Shown here piece after piece: positions 28,805-42,000 of a stretch of DNA of 64,000 nt. This DNA comes from Lingula anatina (lineage: Eukaryota; Animalia; Brachiopoda), in the NCBI GenBank assembly GCA_051362555.1, contig CM120640.1, positions 60,180,788-60,244,787 of the forward strand, written 5' to 3'. The first letter of the stretch is position 1. Each line of letters opens with the position of its first letter. Under the pieces are notes generated by a model. That model worked only from the letters and a program-made list of their open reading frames with translations. It was not told where the DNA came from and searched no databases. Both the position numbers and the translations under genes were made by a program.

Positions 28805-31800
28805 TAGTCTGGATGACTGGTGCTATATTTTGGCCAAATTGCTCAAAATGTGGAAAAAGCATGAAACTTGGCACAAATGTTCTTTGGTCTATGCTGATCA
28901 TTTTCAAGGGCAGTGCCCAAAATTTCAAAGCGTTGCTTAGCAACCGTTGCTATGGAAGTGAATTTCCTTAGTAACAAGCTAATTAGACCTTTCTTGTCCA
29001 GTTTAAATGGTTTAGAAATGCTAATAACTATGTTTCAGGGCATCACAACTACATGTATCACTAGACTATTTAAAGGCAATTAAAACCCAAATTAACCTTA
29101 GCCACGATTGCTAGGCAGCATATTTCCCTAGCAACAAGCATTTAAAGTTGCGTTAGTCTATTAAGTAAGGCAAATCTATAATACTAGCTAAGAACTACAC
29201 TTTTGAGCAAGATGTTCATACTTTTAATCCAGTAAGTTGAAACAATTGTGTTTACACACATCCGATCAAATACATTGCCAGTGCAGATACTTAAGGCAGC
29301 ATGTTCGAAGTTAGTAACCAGCAATTTCCATGCTTTTATCACCTTACGACTCTTTATAAAACTTTGCAATAGTTAAGGCGTTAGATTCTCCCTTGTATGT
29401 GCAATATAAAGTGCATTTTGCCCTTGCACATTGTCAGCCTCTACATCTGCACCTACATGCATACTGGAGCAACTCTGGGCAGGTCAACAGCTTCTGGCAA
29501 ATGTGTCCACAAGGGTCCACTGTTCCGCACAAGTCCAACCAGAGTGAGCACATGGTATCTGATGACATGGCATTGTAGTGCTGATTCAGATATGTTCATC
29601 TCGCAAGAATACTCTTATATTGTTGTAGAGCAGCCTTGGTGGAAGTAAGATATGGCATCTAACGGCCTTTGGGTGTGAACAGAAACTTTTGAACTTCATT
29701 GATTAACAAAAAGAATTAAAATAGAACCATGCAGGTGTATTTGAGTTACTTGGTAGAGAATAGAAACTGACAAAGTTCAATTTGAAAAAACTTTTTAGAA
29801 AATATTGAACAAAATGAAAAATATCTTGGAAAGCTGGTCTCTGAGAAACCTTTCAATAATAGGAAAGTCAACCGTGGTTCAACCTTTAGTATTTCTCATC
29901 TTACGTAGTGCATGTATAAACTCTCCTACCAGCCCCCCTCCCTCAATACTTAAAAATATGCATATCATATTTAACTTTATCAGGAATGGAAAAAGATACA
30001 AAATAAAATGAGCAAGGATGGCGTCTGATTACAAAAATGGACGGTAAAAGGTACCGCAAATGAAAATTTTACTAAGGCCCTAAACTTTACATGGCTTAAA
30101 AGACTTCTTTATGAAGAAAATAAGAGTAAGTGGAGAGCGTTTTTCTCGGCGAAATGCTAAGAATCGGTAGTAACAAAACGTGGGTTAAAAATACTAAAAG
30201 CAACTTCTTATCCCTTTTGGCAAAGATTATTGGTTCTTTGAGTGAAATTCAGGAAGATTTCAATTTAACCCCAGATGAAATCCTATCACAACCATTATGT
30301 CAAAACTCAAAAATTGAAAGAAATTGAAAAACTATTTTCCATAAAAGATGGTGTAAAAATGTTTCTTTTTTTACATCAATGATATTATAAATGACATTTG
30401 AAACCCCCTCTGTCTAGAGGAAATCAACAAAAAATCAACCTTAATACTAACTTTCTGGGCTAATTCAGCATCCTAAAGAGCTTACCATCTGAATGGCTAT
30501 CTCTTCCCATGGAAGGAAATTACTCATAGCATTCCAAGAAATAATTGACTCAATTAAACAAGTTACCAAACCATCCAGATATTTTTTCGCAAAAACTATT
30601 CCAAAGTCATATAATATCACCACATAAAGGTGTAGGTGAATGGCAGACATATTTAAAAAAAAACTTGAGTACTGATAATTGGGAACTAACATTTAAGAAA
30701 CGGATCACAAGAAAATGAAGTTGCTCCAATAAGGTCGCGCGACAAGGTTATTTTCAGTTGCACCCTGGATTACGCACGCTTGCTCCGCAAGGTGTCGCCT
30801 GTGGGGGGGGGGGGGGCGGCACAGCCCATATGGTTACTGTGGCGAAGGTGACAAGTACTTCCAAACATTTTTTCATAACTGTCATTATTCCTCATTCTAT
30901 TCACAAATTTGATATTTACGGCAATGGAAAATGTGGCACTGACAAAAGTGGGTCTTGGTGCGTTGACAGGCCGCACAGGTGTCCCCAATTAACCGCCACC
31001 AGAGAAAAGACCCCAAGCATTAAACAACACGACCTGTAGATATTGGAAATTTGGCAAAAGTTAAGCAACTGAGGCTTTATTAGATTTGGGCAGAAATCGA
31101 GAGGAATGTCCAGTGACATGCCAAACCTCTAAGTTCAAGTCTTGGCCCTTGACATCAGTAACGCACCCCTTAGTCAAGAATCTGAACAAATCAATGTTGG
31201 GCAGGTATGCTCTATTTTCTACAGGCGATTTGTGATTTTATCAACTTGATTGTCAAGTGCCAGACCTTTTGTTCCCAGGTACTAGTAGCAAACTTTATCA
31301 GATAACAATCTGACACTAACTACAGGGGTATGCTGCACTAACAGCGCTGTAAACCCAGTTATCAATGCTGTCATCTTTACCTGTATCTTTACGGTATTAT
31401 GCCAGTGGTACGTTTGCTACATTTGAGTAAGGAAATATGCTTTGATGCTTATATTTATTTGTAATACGTTAGCATCAACCTGTTAATAAAATCTTGGAAA
31501 CTTTCAATGTTATTACACAATAACAGTATAATGGTGGGAGATGTTATGATTAAATGCTTAGAAGAAATAATAAGAACAGATTATGTGAAATATAAAATGA
31601 ATTAAGTTTATTTGGGTTATTATTTATTTATTTATTTAAAACCAATTAATTATCAAACATGAAGCTTATTTTTAGAAACATTAACAGATATTACTGCAAT
31701 ATGACCCTGCTGGTACACAGATCTACAGTTCTAAAATGCAAATACCTTTCACACACCACTGATGAAATGTGAATAATCATACGTATAAAGCAGTAAAAAT

Positions 31801-34021
31801 ATCACAAAATGCGTGTAGGCAAGATATTTCTACAAGTAACCTCATTAATCAGTCAGGAAACTTCATAATGCATTTAATAAATGTAGAAATTTGAGCAAAA
31901 GAAATTCTACATACAGGCATAACAGATTTACCATATATTGCCACCAACCCTAAACTGAATGGGCATAGAAAGAACAAAGTGAATCTCCCTCCCATTAAAA
32001 ATGAATAATAAAAAAAAAATAATAAAAACAGATACTGTCAGTCTTAATACTGAAAAACAATGGCATCTTGCAGCCTTCACTGCCTCACTATTTGCAGACA
32101 ATGATCTAGTCACTTTAACTGTGTACTTTTGATGAGGCATAGATGCAAGAATAACTCCTTTGAAGTATATTGTGAAGGTCTCTTTTGTCATAAATCTGCC
32201 ACGTATAACCTGAATGTACATATTGCAATTCACACCGCAGCAGCTTGTCTTAGTAAGGACTCAACCAGTTGAAAACTTGAGACACCGCTTCAGGGACAAG
32301 ATCACACCATTTACATGTACCCTTGCTGTGATGATGGATCTACTAGTATCTATGTCTTGTCCTCCTAGTTTCTCTAATACCATTTCCCCTGATCTATGCT
32401 CACATCAATCTCTACAACTTTAACAACAGCTACACATTTTTTACATCTGAAAGTATAAAGCCAAAATTGTAATAAAGCATTATCAATTTACTTGTTATAT
32501 ATTGATTTGAGGGCAAAAGAAAAAGGCAGCAACCACGTATCATAATCAAGATAACTGAAAATCAAATATGCATAATCAAATAGCTTTAATTGTATATACT
32601 ACTGATGATTTAATCTTTTAAACTTCAGCATAAATTTTGACTTTCTCTTGTTAAAGCATAGGCACTTTATCAAAATGTGCTTGAACAAATAATAATAATA
32701 AACAACCTGCACACATGATGGAACATGGAGGTCAATTGCCACAAAATAAGTTGATTTGTACTTGGTAGCCTGAGAAATAGTATCAGGTATTAATTTGAGC
32801 AGTAATAATACCGCAGAGTTAACAACGACACAAGCATATGGTGTTATGTAACCAAATTCATGCATTACTTGCTGTGGCAGTGTCCTCCTCAACCTATCGT
32901 GCACCGCAGGTTTTGATTTTTAATGTCATCAAAAATTTTTATTGTTGTTAGTTTGATCTATGTATCTGCTATTCAAATAATATCGTTTGGAAAATAACTA
33001 ACTGATTTAATTATGCTTTTGCAACATGAAATTATCATTAACTTTGCCGGTTCACGTGTACACAGTACCTTGCTATCAGTGCTGCTCTTTTCTCCCCAAC
33101 TCGCCACTGACAGGCTAACCACATCGTTTCAAAACAACGTTGGTATGCTCCTTTACTTTTGGTGTTGGCAGTTTCGCCCCGGGGACATCGTTTTCGGTTA
33201 AAAACAACGTATCGTTTTCACCCATCTTTGCATTGCTCCTGTACAAAATGTCCGCTTGCTGCCCCCCCAAGGGAAAAATCGTAGCACGTGGGTAGTTACG
33301 CAAGACCTGTGACGTATAACGCGCGCAAGGTTATTCAGAATAAATCATAGAATATTCAATACTTATGCTTATCTTATGAATTTGAGAATTTTGCAATACT
33401 GCTAGGGAAAATTTCTGTACGTTTTTTGGGATTGTCCACATGTAAAAAAATGTTTGGATGTGCATCATTTGCCCCGCTAAAGATAATTTAGGTGTGGTCA
33501 TTGATAGATCTCCGGAGATATTTGTATTTGGGTTTGTGCAAGCATACACTATTTATGTACCTATCTTAATAATTAAGAAACATGTTAGTATATGTAGAAT
33601 GGGAACAGAAAGATGGGAAGGGACTGGAGGGTATGTAAAATGCTACAGAGATATCTGCATATATATTATTAAATATATATTATTAAATATATAATGTTAA
33701 ATACTTGTTGCTAGGGTAATATGCTGCCTAGCAACTGTTGCAATGGTTTACTTGGGTTTTTCATGTCTTAAAATAGTATAGTGATAGTTCTGATGGTTTG
33801 AAACATTATTAAAAGCCTTTTTAAATCATTTAAACTGAACAAGAAAGGTCCAATTAGTTTGTTACTAAGGTAAATCACTTCCTTAGCAACAGTTGCTAGG
33901 CAACGCTTTGAAATTTTGGGCACTGCCCTTGAAAATGATCAGCATAGTCCAAAGAACATTTGTGCCAAGTTTCATGCTTTTTCCACATTTTGAGCAATTT
34001 TTGCACCAGTCATCTAGACTA
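28805..34021 (-). mobile_element. Decayed Academ (AcademX-type) DNA transposon
   Basis: TIRs of about 330 bp (28805-29145 and 33697-34021), starting TAGTC and ending GACTA; 3-bp TSD CAA. Minus-strand frameshifted remnants: KAALQQ..PLWTHLPEA..TCPELLQYACRCRCRG*QCARAKCTLYC (Cys-rich C-terminus, about 29395-29670) and MSLDIPLD/FLPKSNKAS (about 31065-31120). Confidence 0.8.
29720..30690 (+). mobile_element. Tx1/L1-clade non-LTR retrotransposon fragment (post-RT part of ORF2) nested in the Academ element
   Basis: Broken frames: KNILESWSLRNLSIIGKSTVV..FNFIRNGKRYKIK..KALNFTWLKRLL..ILSQPLCQNSKI..INDII. Confidence 0.75.
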
Positions 34022-34138
34022 CAAGGAGTTTCAACAGAAACGTGGCTCTTACTGGTACCTGGCTAATAATAATAATAATAATAATAATAATTTATCAAGA
34101 TTGCAACCCAGTGAGTTGAAGTTGTACATAGAATGTTA

Positions 34139-34337
34139 GACCCCATTTCCAGAGATTAGATCGATCTACTTTAGATCGACCTTACTCCCTGGGGGTTCAC
34201 GCTAAATAGCTGTCAGCCGAGCAGACACGAAAGCTTGTAGTAGGCGGGACAGACATTTAAAGCCGGATTATCTGACAGTAATCTAGTGAGACTCCCCGCG
34301 GGGATAGATCGATCTAAAAGCTCTGGGAATACAGCCC
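34139..34337. mobile_element. Palindromic MITE (possibly PIF/Harbinger-type)
   Basis: Arms ttccagagattagatcgatcta / tagatcgatctaaaagctctgggaat; TTA and TAA flanks; a related copy lies at about 51440-51555. Confidence 0.6.
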
Positions 34338-35134
34338 TAAGAATATTATAATGATAATAAAATGTTATATGTTTAAGTGACACTGAGTTAAAAGACTGCT
34401 ACTTGAACTTTAAAAATTGCGTACTGTATTCACCACACACTAGTAGGGACAAATATTATTGGACTTCAACACAGTTGTCATTTCTCTAGATGTACGAAAG
34501 CGACAATCTTATGATGAACAAGTTGAAAACCGCAACCTTAAACCTAAGCAACATTTTTTCTTCCATATACTGGTAGGAGTGCTAACGCACGGATTTCGTG
34601 CTAGCGAATTACAGTACCGTACCTGTTAGTGCTAGCAAGGGTTCTCTTCTGCTCGAATTGAGTTAGGATAATGAATACTTGTTTTTAGTTTATAATATAT
34701 TTGGCATATTTCATATTATCTCTTCATTTCATTTTCATGCTACTGTACTATTTGGACGAACAAAACATTTTATTCGTCTAGGTGAGAATGGCGTATAGGG
34801 CCTACTGCAGCAGCAAGCATTTTTCATTCCAATCAAAATGTGTTGTCATCTGTCCAAAGGGCGAAATTATCAGGGCAGATTCAAGATGACAAGAAAAAAT
34901 ACTTCAAATCGTTTTCAGAAATCTTTTCATAAAGTACCAGTTTTTTAAAAATGTTCCTTTTCTCTGAAGATGTATCTCACGTCTTTGTCTGCACTGTTAA
35001 CAAATTTCTGCAACTTATATAAGAGCGGTGATAAAAAATGTGTTATATCTTGTAAAAATGCAGAAAAAAAACAGATAGTAGTAAAATGATGTTATATTCT
35101 TTATGCAAGTTATGTAGCAGAAGTGACCATCTAC

Positions 35135-35206
35135 GGGGATGTAGCTCAGTGGTAGAGCGCACGCTTTGCATGTGTGAGGCCCCGGGTTCAATCCCCGGCA
35201 TCTCCA
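35135..35206 (+). tRNA. trnA-UGC: tRNA-Ala (anticodon TGC)
   Basis: GGGGATGTAGCTCAGTGGTAGAGCGCACGCTTTGCATGTGTGAGGCCCCGGGTTCAATCCCCGGCATCTCCA: full cloverleaf, G3:U70 Ala identity pair, A and B boxes, downstream T-run. Confidence 0.97.
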
Positions 35207-36007
35207 ACCATTCTTTCCTTTTATTACAGATACAAACAGCGATTAGAATAAACATTACGACAATTCTGACTTGTAAAATGAAATTCGCTGTGTCACGTTT
35301 GCACTTGGTGAAACAGTTCTACCTCTAAAGTGATAAAAAGATCAAATGCCTCACAACTAACACATTTACACACTGTGGAATGTTGAAATTTAATAATCAA
35401 TTTTAGTCTGATAAAATTCAAAACCAGAGTTAATTTTTTAGAATGAATGGCAAAAGCTGATACTGGACAAGAAATGAAAATGTAATCATCTAGAAAATAG
35501 AAATTAATAAAATATTTACTTTAAATTTGCTGACTTTCCATTAAGAAAATATTCTTAGAACAAATAAGATCCTCTTAACAACATAATCAGCCAGCCATAA
35601 ACACTTATAATTCTTGATTGGTGCACAGTAATGTTGTATTCTTTTCCAAGTCAGAAGTTCATTTTTGCAATATCCAAATATCCAACGAGTTTAACAATCT
35701 TAGATAGTGATAACAATCCAAACACACAAAAAATATTTTTGGGGATATATTATCACACTACTGATACAGAAGAATATATGCAAAAGACATGCATTTTAAT
35801 GGATCAATCTGAAATTGGGAGATTTTAAAAGATACCTAAGGAAATAATTGAAATTGGTTTCTATAAAAAAAAGTAGGTAAAAGAATCATATGCAACTGGC
35901 AATATAAATTAAGCAAGATGTAAAATTATAGAAATTCCCTTTTAACACATAACATCAAGTAGTATTGATATCAAATTTACTAAATATTAATTAGCATAAT
36001 GCATATT

Positions 36008-39000
36008 TCACCAAATCTTTGTATTAATATTCAGTTTGTGTAAAACTAATGACACTCCTGACAGGATAGCCAAGTAAGCTGCCAGCACCCAAAATGAAGT
36101 AGTGGGAGGAGCATAAATGGTTTCCATGAAAATGTTCACAAGCCCTGTGAAGATATTGGCTAAGAGAAAGTACATAAGTGCATTCCTGTTGATTGCATTG
36201 ATGAGATCAGACACGCCAACTTTGTGCTGCACCATGTGGGGATCTGAAACAGAAACCAAACATGACATAAAACCATTTTTTCTTGAACATGTGTAAATCA
36301 GCTTGAATGCTGTAGTTTGGATTCAACAAAATACTGACTTACAAAAGCAGCAATGAAAAGGTTGAACACTTTGCTAACATTTATTTGGTGTCTAAAGCCA
36401 CAACTATAAGTAAGACAGAACTGTTCATAAAAACTTCTAAAATTGATATTGATTGTCCAACAGTTCAAATCATTATCCTATGATATCATAGTATAATCAA
36501 ATATGTTCAGGGCCATTCAGAATGACTCCTCAGGGACTCTTGCTGAATGCAGTTAGAGTAACAGACTTACACGTCTCCTCCTGGCATTGAGTAGAATAAA
36601 CAGAAGTTGGTTATTAATTGAGTACTGTAGAAACAATAGGAGTGTGCTAGTCTGTTAAAGGCCAACTCCATGGGATTTTCCCGGCAAAATGAAATTTCCT
36701 GGGGCAAAGAGCAATTTTCTTCTACTCATGAATAATGACACAACCCATTAGTGCACTTAGATTCAATGTTTTATTCCATTCTTAATTTGATATTAGTTTA
36801 AAATGACTGGCCAAAGAGGCTTAAAAGATGATGAGGTATGCCTCAGATAAACTTTTATTTAAAGGATTTTATTGTCTTTTGAGTCTGAATTGGGAAATAT
36901 AAGAAGCTTCACAAGACAAATATGACCGTGAGGGATTTTTTAAAATGTGGAGAGAATTTATAAATATTAATTATACCGGAAAGTCCCATGGAGTGTCCCT
37001 TTCATCTGATTGCACTCTGCGAGTCTTGTTGGAGTTAGTAAGAATTAGTTAGTGTGCACCAACTGATTCTGAATGGCCCCTTTAAGTGATGTGTGGATAA
37101 GACTGGTACATGGCACCATGGCTGAGTGTATCACACAATGGGAAGGAAGTTGCCCGAGGTCAAAAATGAAGGTGGCACTTGCTTACCTATCAGCAAAGGA
37201 GGCAAGAACCGCCAGTGTTGTAATGCCACTATCAATAGGTCCACCAACAGAAATGTCACCAGACTTTGGAGATTGTATGCTAACTGGGAAACAACACAAT
37301 AATTAGTAACTCTGAGCATTAAGTTCAAGTAAAGGCAGAAAGTGCACCCCCCCCCCCTTACTTTGTAAGAAAATAAAAGAAATTTTGTAATTGATAATCA
37401 CCATATGTGTTTGCATATGTTTAACTCTTACCGATAAAAATTCACATAGCTGATTGCAAAAATGGGTCTGGATAAAATGCTTTCAATGGGTCAGACAAAT
37501 GAATGAAATGACGTGAAACAAAAATTTGCAATTCTACATCTTGAAAATGCAAAAATCAGTCTTTTTATCATCCAGGCAATGGACAAGGAGCTGACAACAC
37601 ATGATTTTAACTGCACCTGAGATGATATGGAGGATGAATCCAGAGAAAGTGCAAATTTTACTAGGAACTTTAGGTGAAGTAATGAAAAAGTTTAGGAGCC
37701 AAAAAAAAAAAAAAAAAAAAGGAGTTGAAAGATTACCTTGACGAAAGACCATCAATGATCAGCAGCACTGAATTCAGTGGCTGTTAGAAAAACATGGATA
37801 AAAACACAACATGAAGAAGAAAGGATTATCATTAGTTCAAATTTACCAGTGACAGTCATGATCTATATTTTCAGGCACTGTGGGCTGTAAAAGTTTGAAT
37901 ATTGCAGAGAGCAGATAGATAGTGCACTACAAACCAAAGTGTAGGGGATTAATTTTTATTTTTGAAAACATTTGTGGATAGGCTAAAGATCTGTGTACAA
38001 CAATGGGCAGAAGAATTGAACTTATCAAACACATTTCAAATGTATAGAATTTTTAAATTTAATTTTTAAGTAGAATTATGTTTAAGAAATGTTGACAGAC
38101 CTTCACACAGCAATGCTTTCTCTAAATTATGACTCAAGAGATTGAAGATGGCAGAGATAAGGGATTTTCTCAGCAAGAAAGAATTTGTAAATACTGTAAT
38201 TATAATCTTTACAAGAATGTCAGAGTAATTGAAGATGAACTGGGCTTGCACACAGTTAACCCACTTGCAAGGGATTCCACGGATTAAAAAACATGAGGAC
38301 AATAAACAGAATCATGAAAAAAAAAAAAATGAAAGAAAACTATAAAAAGAAGAAGTCCAGCGATGTCAGCAGGTAGTGTAATGTGATATCAGGGGCCATG
38401 AAAGTAACAAGTGCCTTATTCTCAGAATTGACTTTTTTGTAATAAAAGGGCTGATAACTATACATACTTAATATCATTCATTATCTATTATTATTATTAT
38501 TTTGGATCAAAAATAACTTTCAAATGCAAATATCACGTGCAATGTATTTTGTAATCTTTTTGTATGGTTATATGATGTAAAACAAACTTTTTTAAACCTG
38601 TTTTTTAATGTATACAATAGTCAAAAATAAACACTAAGATTTTTAACAGCATATAGTCATATTTGTGTTTATAAGTTTTTAAGTAATGAAAAAAAAGTGT
38701 CAGCTATCTCTTGCTGTAAAATACAGTTATGCAGTTTTCAGTTTTCAGACCCCATCAACAAAGTGGACTTATTTTGGTATTTCAGTGTTAAATCTAAAAA
38801 CTGCATTTATTTATCTGATTTGAAGATCTATATCAATTACATCTTTCCTATTTCACACATTTACAGACCCACTACAAATGAAAGGCCAAGATGAAAGCAA
38901 ATTTGTCATTCACTTAATGCTTAAAGCATTGAGAAAAAGATCAAAATATACACACATGGAATATTTTATACCATTTTAAAACTAGAGGATCAGAGAGGCG

Positions 39001-42000
39001 ATACCGCCTCCGAATATTGTACCACCAGCTGGAGTAAGCGCATTCGTATAGACCCCCCCACACACAAAATAAGGGACACCGCCACCAGTCTTGTGCTTGA
39101 CAAGCTGTAAAAATGCAATCAACAAGAATTTTCAAAATATGCAACAAATATATATAACTAAAAATGGTACAATCAAAGTTTAGTTCATCGTAAGGTAGGT
39201 CAAAGGTCAATTTCAAGGTCACAGTAAATTGCCAGTATATGACTTCCTATCCAACTTCAATATAACTATGGACCCATCTCTGCCAGGTTTGGAGTTAAAA
39301 GAGAAAGAAATAAGCAGAGTTCAGTTCATGATAATAAGTAGGTCAAAGGTTAATTTTAAGGTCACATTTTGATTGCTAGTATATGACTTCCTATTCAAGT
39401 TCAATAGAAACTCTGGACCTATCTCTGCCAGTTTTGGAGATGTAAGGGACTAAATGTTATAATTTTGGAGTTACCATAATGTGCCATAAAGTTCAACTCA
39501 TGGTGAAAAGTAGGTCAAAGGTCAATTTCAAGGTCACATTTCGATTGACAGTATATGACTTCCCATTCAAGTTCAATAGTAACTATGGACCTATATCTAC
39601 CAGTTTTGGAGATAAAAGGGAAGCAAAATTTGCAAAGTTCAGTTCATGGTGAAAAGTAGGTCAAAGGTCAATTTCAAGGTCACAGTAAGATTGCCAGTAT
39701 ATGACTTCCTATTCAACTTCAATAGTAACTATGGACCTATCTCTGCCAGTTTTGGAGATATAAGGGACTAAATGTTATAATTTTGGAGTTACCATAATGT
39801 GCCATAAATTTCCTACAGAAAAAATTAATTAAAATTAAGAAAAGGTCATTTTGGTCAAAATTCTTGAAATGGGAGGTGCTCTGAAGTTCCAGAAGTTCAA
39901 ATTTGATGAAATAATGTCATTTTTGACCACAAGTTGTCTGCTTTACAAAGCCTTATGTTTTATTTTTCCAGAGTTCAAAATTTATTATCCATTACCGTAC
40001 TGTACATTTTGCTTTCACCACCAATATGTACCTTTTGATACAGGGTAACTCGAAAACCGTATGGAATACAAAAAAACGGAGACCACCTACAGTATTGGGC
40101 TTTACATACTCTACAAAATGCAAAAAAGAATGGGTCTCTAGCATTAACGGTTCCCGAATTAGAGACAGTTTTCAGTTTCGGTATCTTATGGCTGCTACTC
40201 CCGTGAAAATGCACCGATTGACCGCAAATTCACGGAGATGAAAGATGACTTGAAGGGTAACACTTTCCAATAATATTATTGGTTAAGTCTGAGTGGTGTC
40301 TGAATAACAGGGCAAAAAATTTTTTTTTCGTAAAAAATTCATTTTTTTGAAAATTTTGGCCCATTTGATCTTGAAAAAAAGGTCAAAGGTCAAATCCAAG
40401 GGCATATTTGAAATCTACACATATGACTTTTGGAAAGCCGTCTGTAGAAATTTTTCCCATAACTCCTTCCGTAGGGTAGATAATTAGCATTTAATTTTGC
40501 CATTTTTAGACAAGGGTGCATTGCAATGAGTGCCACACCTAGACCCCAATACTGACAAAGCCCAAATTTCACGTGGAACGAGTTGAGATTATAGGTGACC
40601 TAAATCCAAGAGATGGGTACGGGGGCCCTTACCGTCTAGGAGGAGAAGCGGTAACGGTAGCCGTCCGGCGGAGCCAGCGGAACGATCCGGACGGGACTAA
40701 AACCATGTGTGCCGCCAGCGCCTACGCTGGTGGTACAATTATAGAGGAAACTGAAGAAATCCTGGTATTTTAAGTTGAAATTACACAAGCATATCTTTCA
40801 GTTAAAAAAAGATCAGTAACTTGGAATTGAGAAAAAGAACTTGTTCAAACCCAGAATCTATGAGAGCAATCACAACCAGTTGATCTGCAAACTAAATAGT
40901 CCATGGATCAAATATGGCATGAGCTACTTGAAAGCATGTGCCAAGATTTAATTGCTCTGCCCCTGCTGGTATGATGTGCATAGTGGATGCAGAATCCATT
41001 ACATTATTTTTAGGGGAATATGCGTCTTTCCTTCAGGTGAACGCCACATTTGATCAGCAGACTAGTTAGTCCTTGGATCAACTGGTAGTGAATGCTCCCT
41101 AAAATTCAAAAAGATCAGCAACTGGGCACAAAGGAAACAAACCTTTATCCAGAAAATAGAAAAAACACCAAGATAAGAAGATGGTGCATATACAAGTCAG
41201 GCATATCTTAAGGAAAGAAAATAGAGATAGCCTAAAGGGTTTTTTCCTTGGGCATCTGATGACAATTGAAGTAGAAAAAGGCCAAGAGAAACCTAGAGCG
41301 AGAAAGCAGAAAGAGAGATCTGGAGCTATGAAATGGGGTGGCCAAGCTGGAATACAGTAGACAGGCCAGAGTAGGGACAGGTTGGAGTGGAGAAATATGT
41401 GCCTTGCTTTGTGCTCCACTAGGAGCAAAGAGAATAGATAAGGTAATTTAAACATCATATCATTAAATGCAAACTCTTAATAAGTCCACTAAGATTATGT
41501 TTTGGAAGGTTAGAGTGAAGTCATTCTTACATACAATTGCTTCTGTTTCAAGGGTAAACCTTCTTACCATCCATACCACATAGGATAAATTGGCCATTCG
41601 TCTTGAAACTGGATCCACATAAACTTCACTCAACAAGAGAAAGAACCAGAACAAACAGGTCAAGGCCTCCAATACAACAAAGGCATAGAGCCACTCTTTT
41701 AATCTATCTCTAAAAAACAAAGTAATTAAAAATAAAACATTTCACAGCAACAACTTAAATGCATTAATACTGTCTGTATGCAGAGTGACATGCATTAATT
41801 GCATGCAGCTGTTAAGATTAAATAGAATAAGAGTAAAGCATTATAAATATTACAAAAAATAATTGGAAAGAATGCCATAAAATTTGTCTAATCTCACATT
41901 TTACTCCAAGTTCATTTTAATCTTCCATTTAAAAATCAAGAAGAAAGTAGTTATCAGCTACATTCATAAAAAATTTTCTATGGACTTCTTAAAAATAGTT

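Noticed and set aside
30733-33338. Short direct repeat cgcgcg(a)caaggttatt at about 30736 and 33320
   Set aside because: Only about 16 nt, with no TSD or LTR structure; it cannot be told from chance or an internal motif.
35043-35328. ORFs overlapping the tRNA
   Set aside because: Spurious frames across tRNA-Ala.
37737-37780. 44-nt AG..GT-bounded segment in a PIGW intron (possible poison exon)
   Set aside because: It would shift the frame, has no recognisable homology, and PIGW is complete without it.
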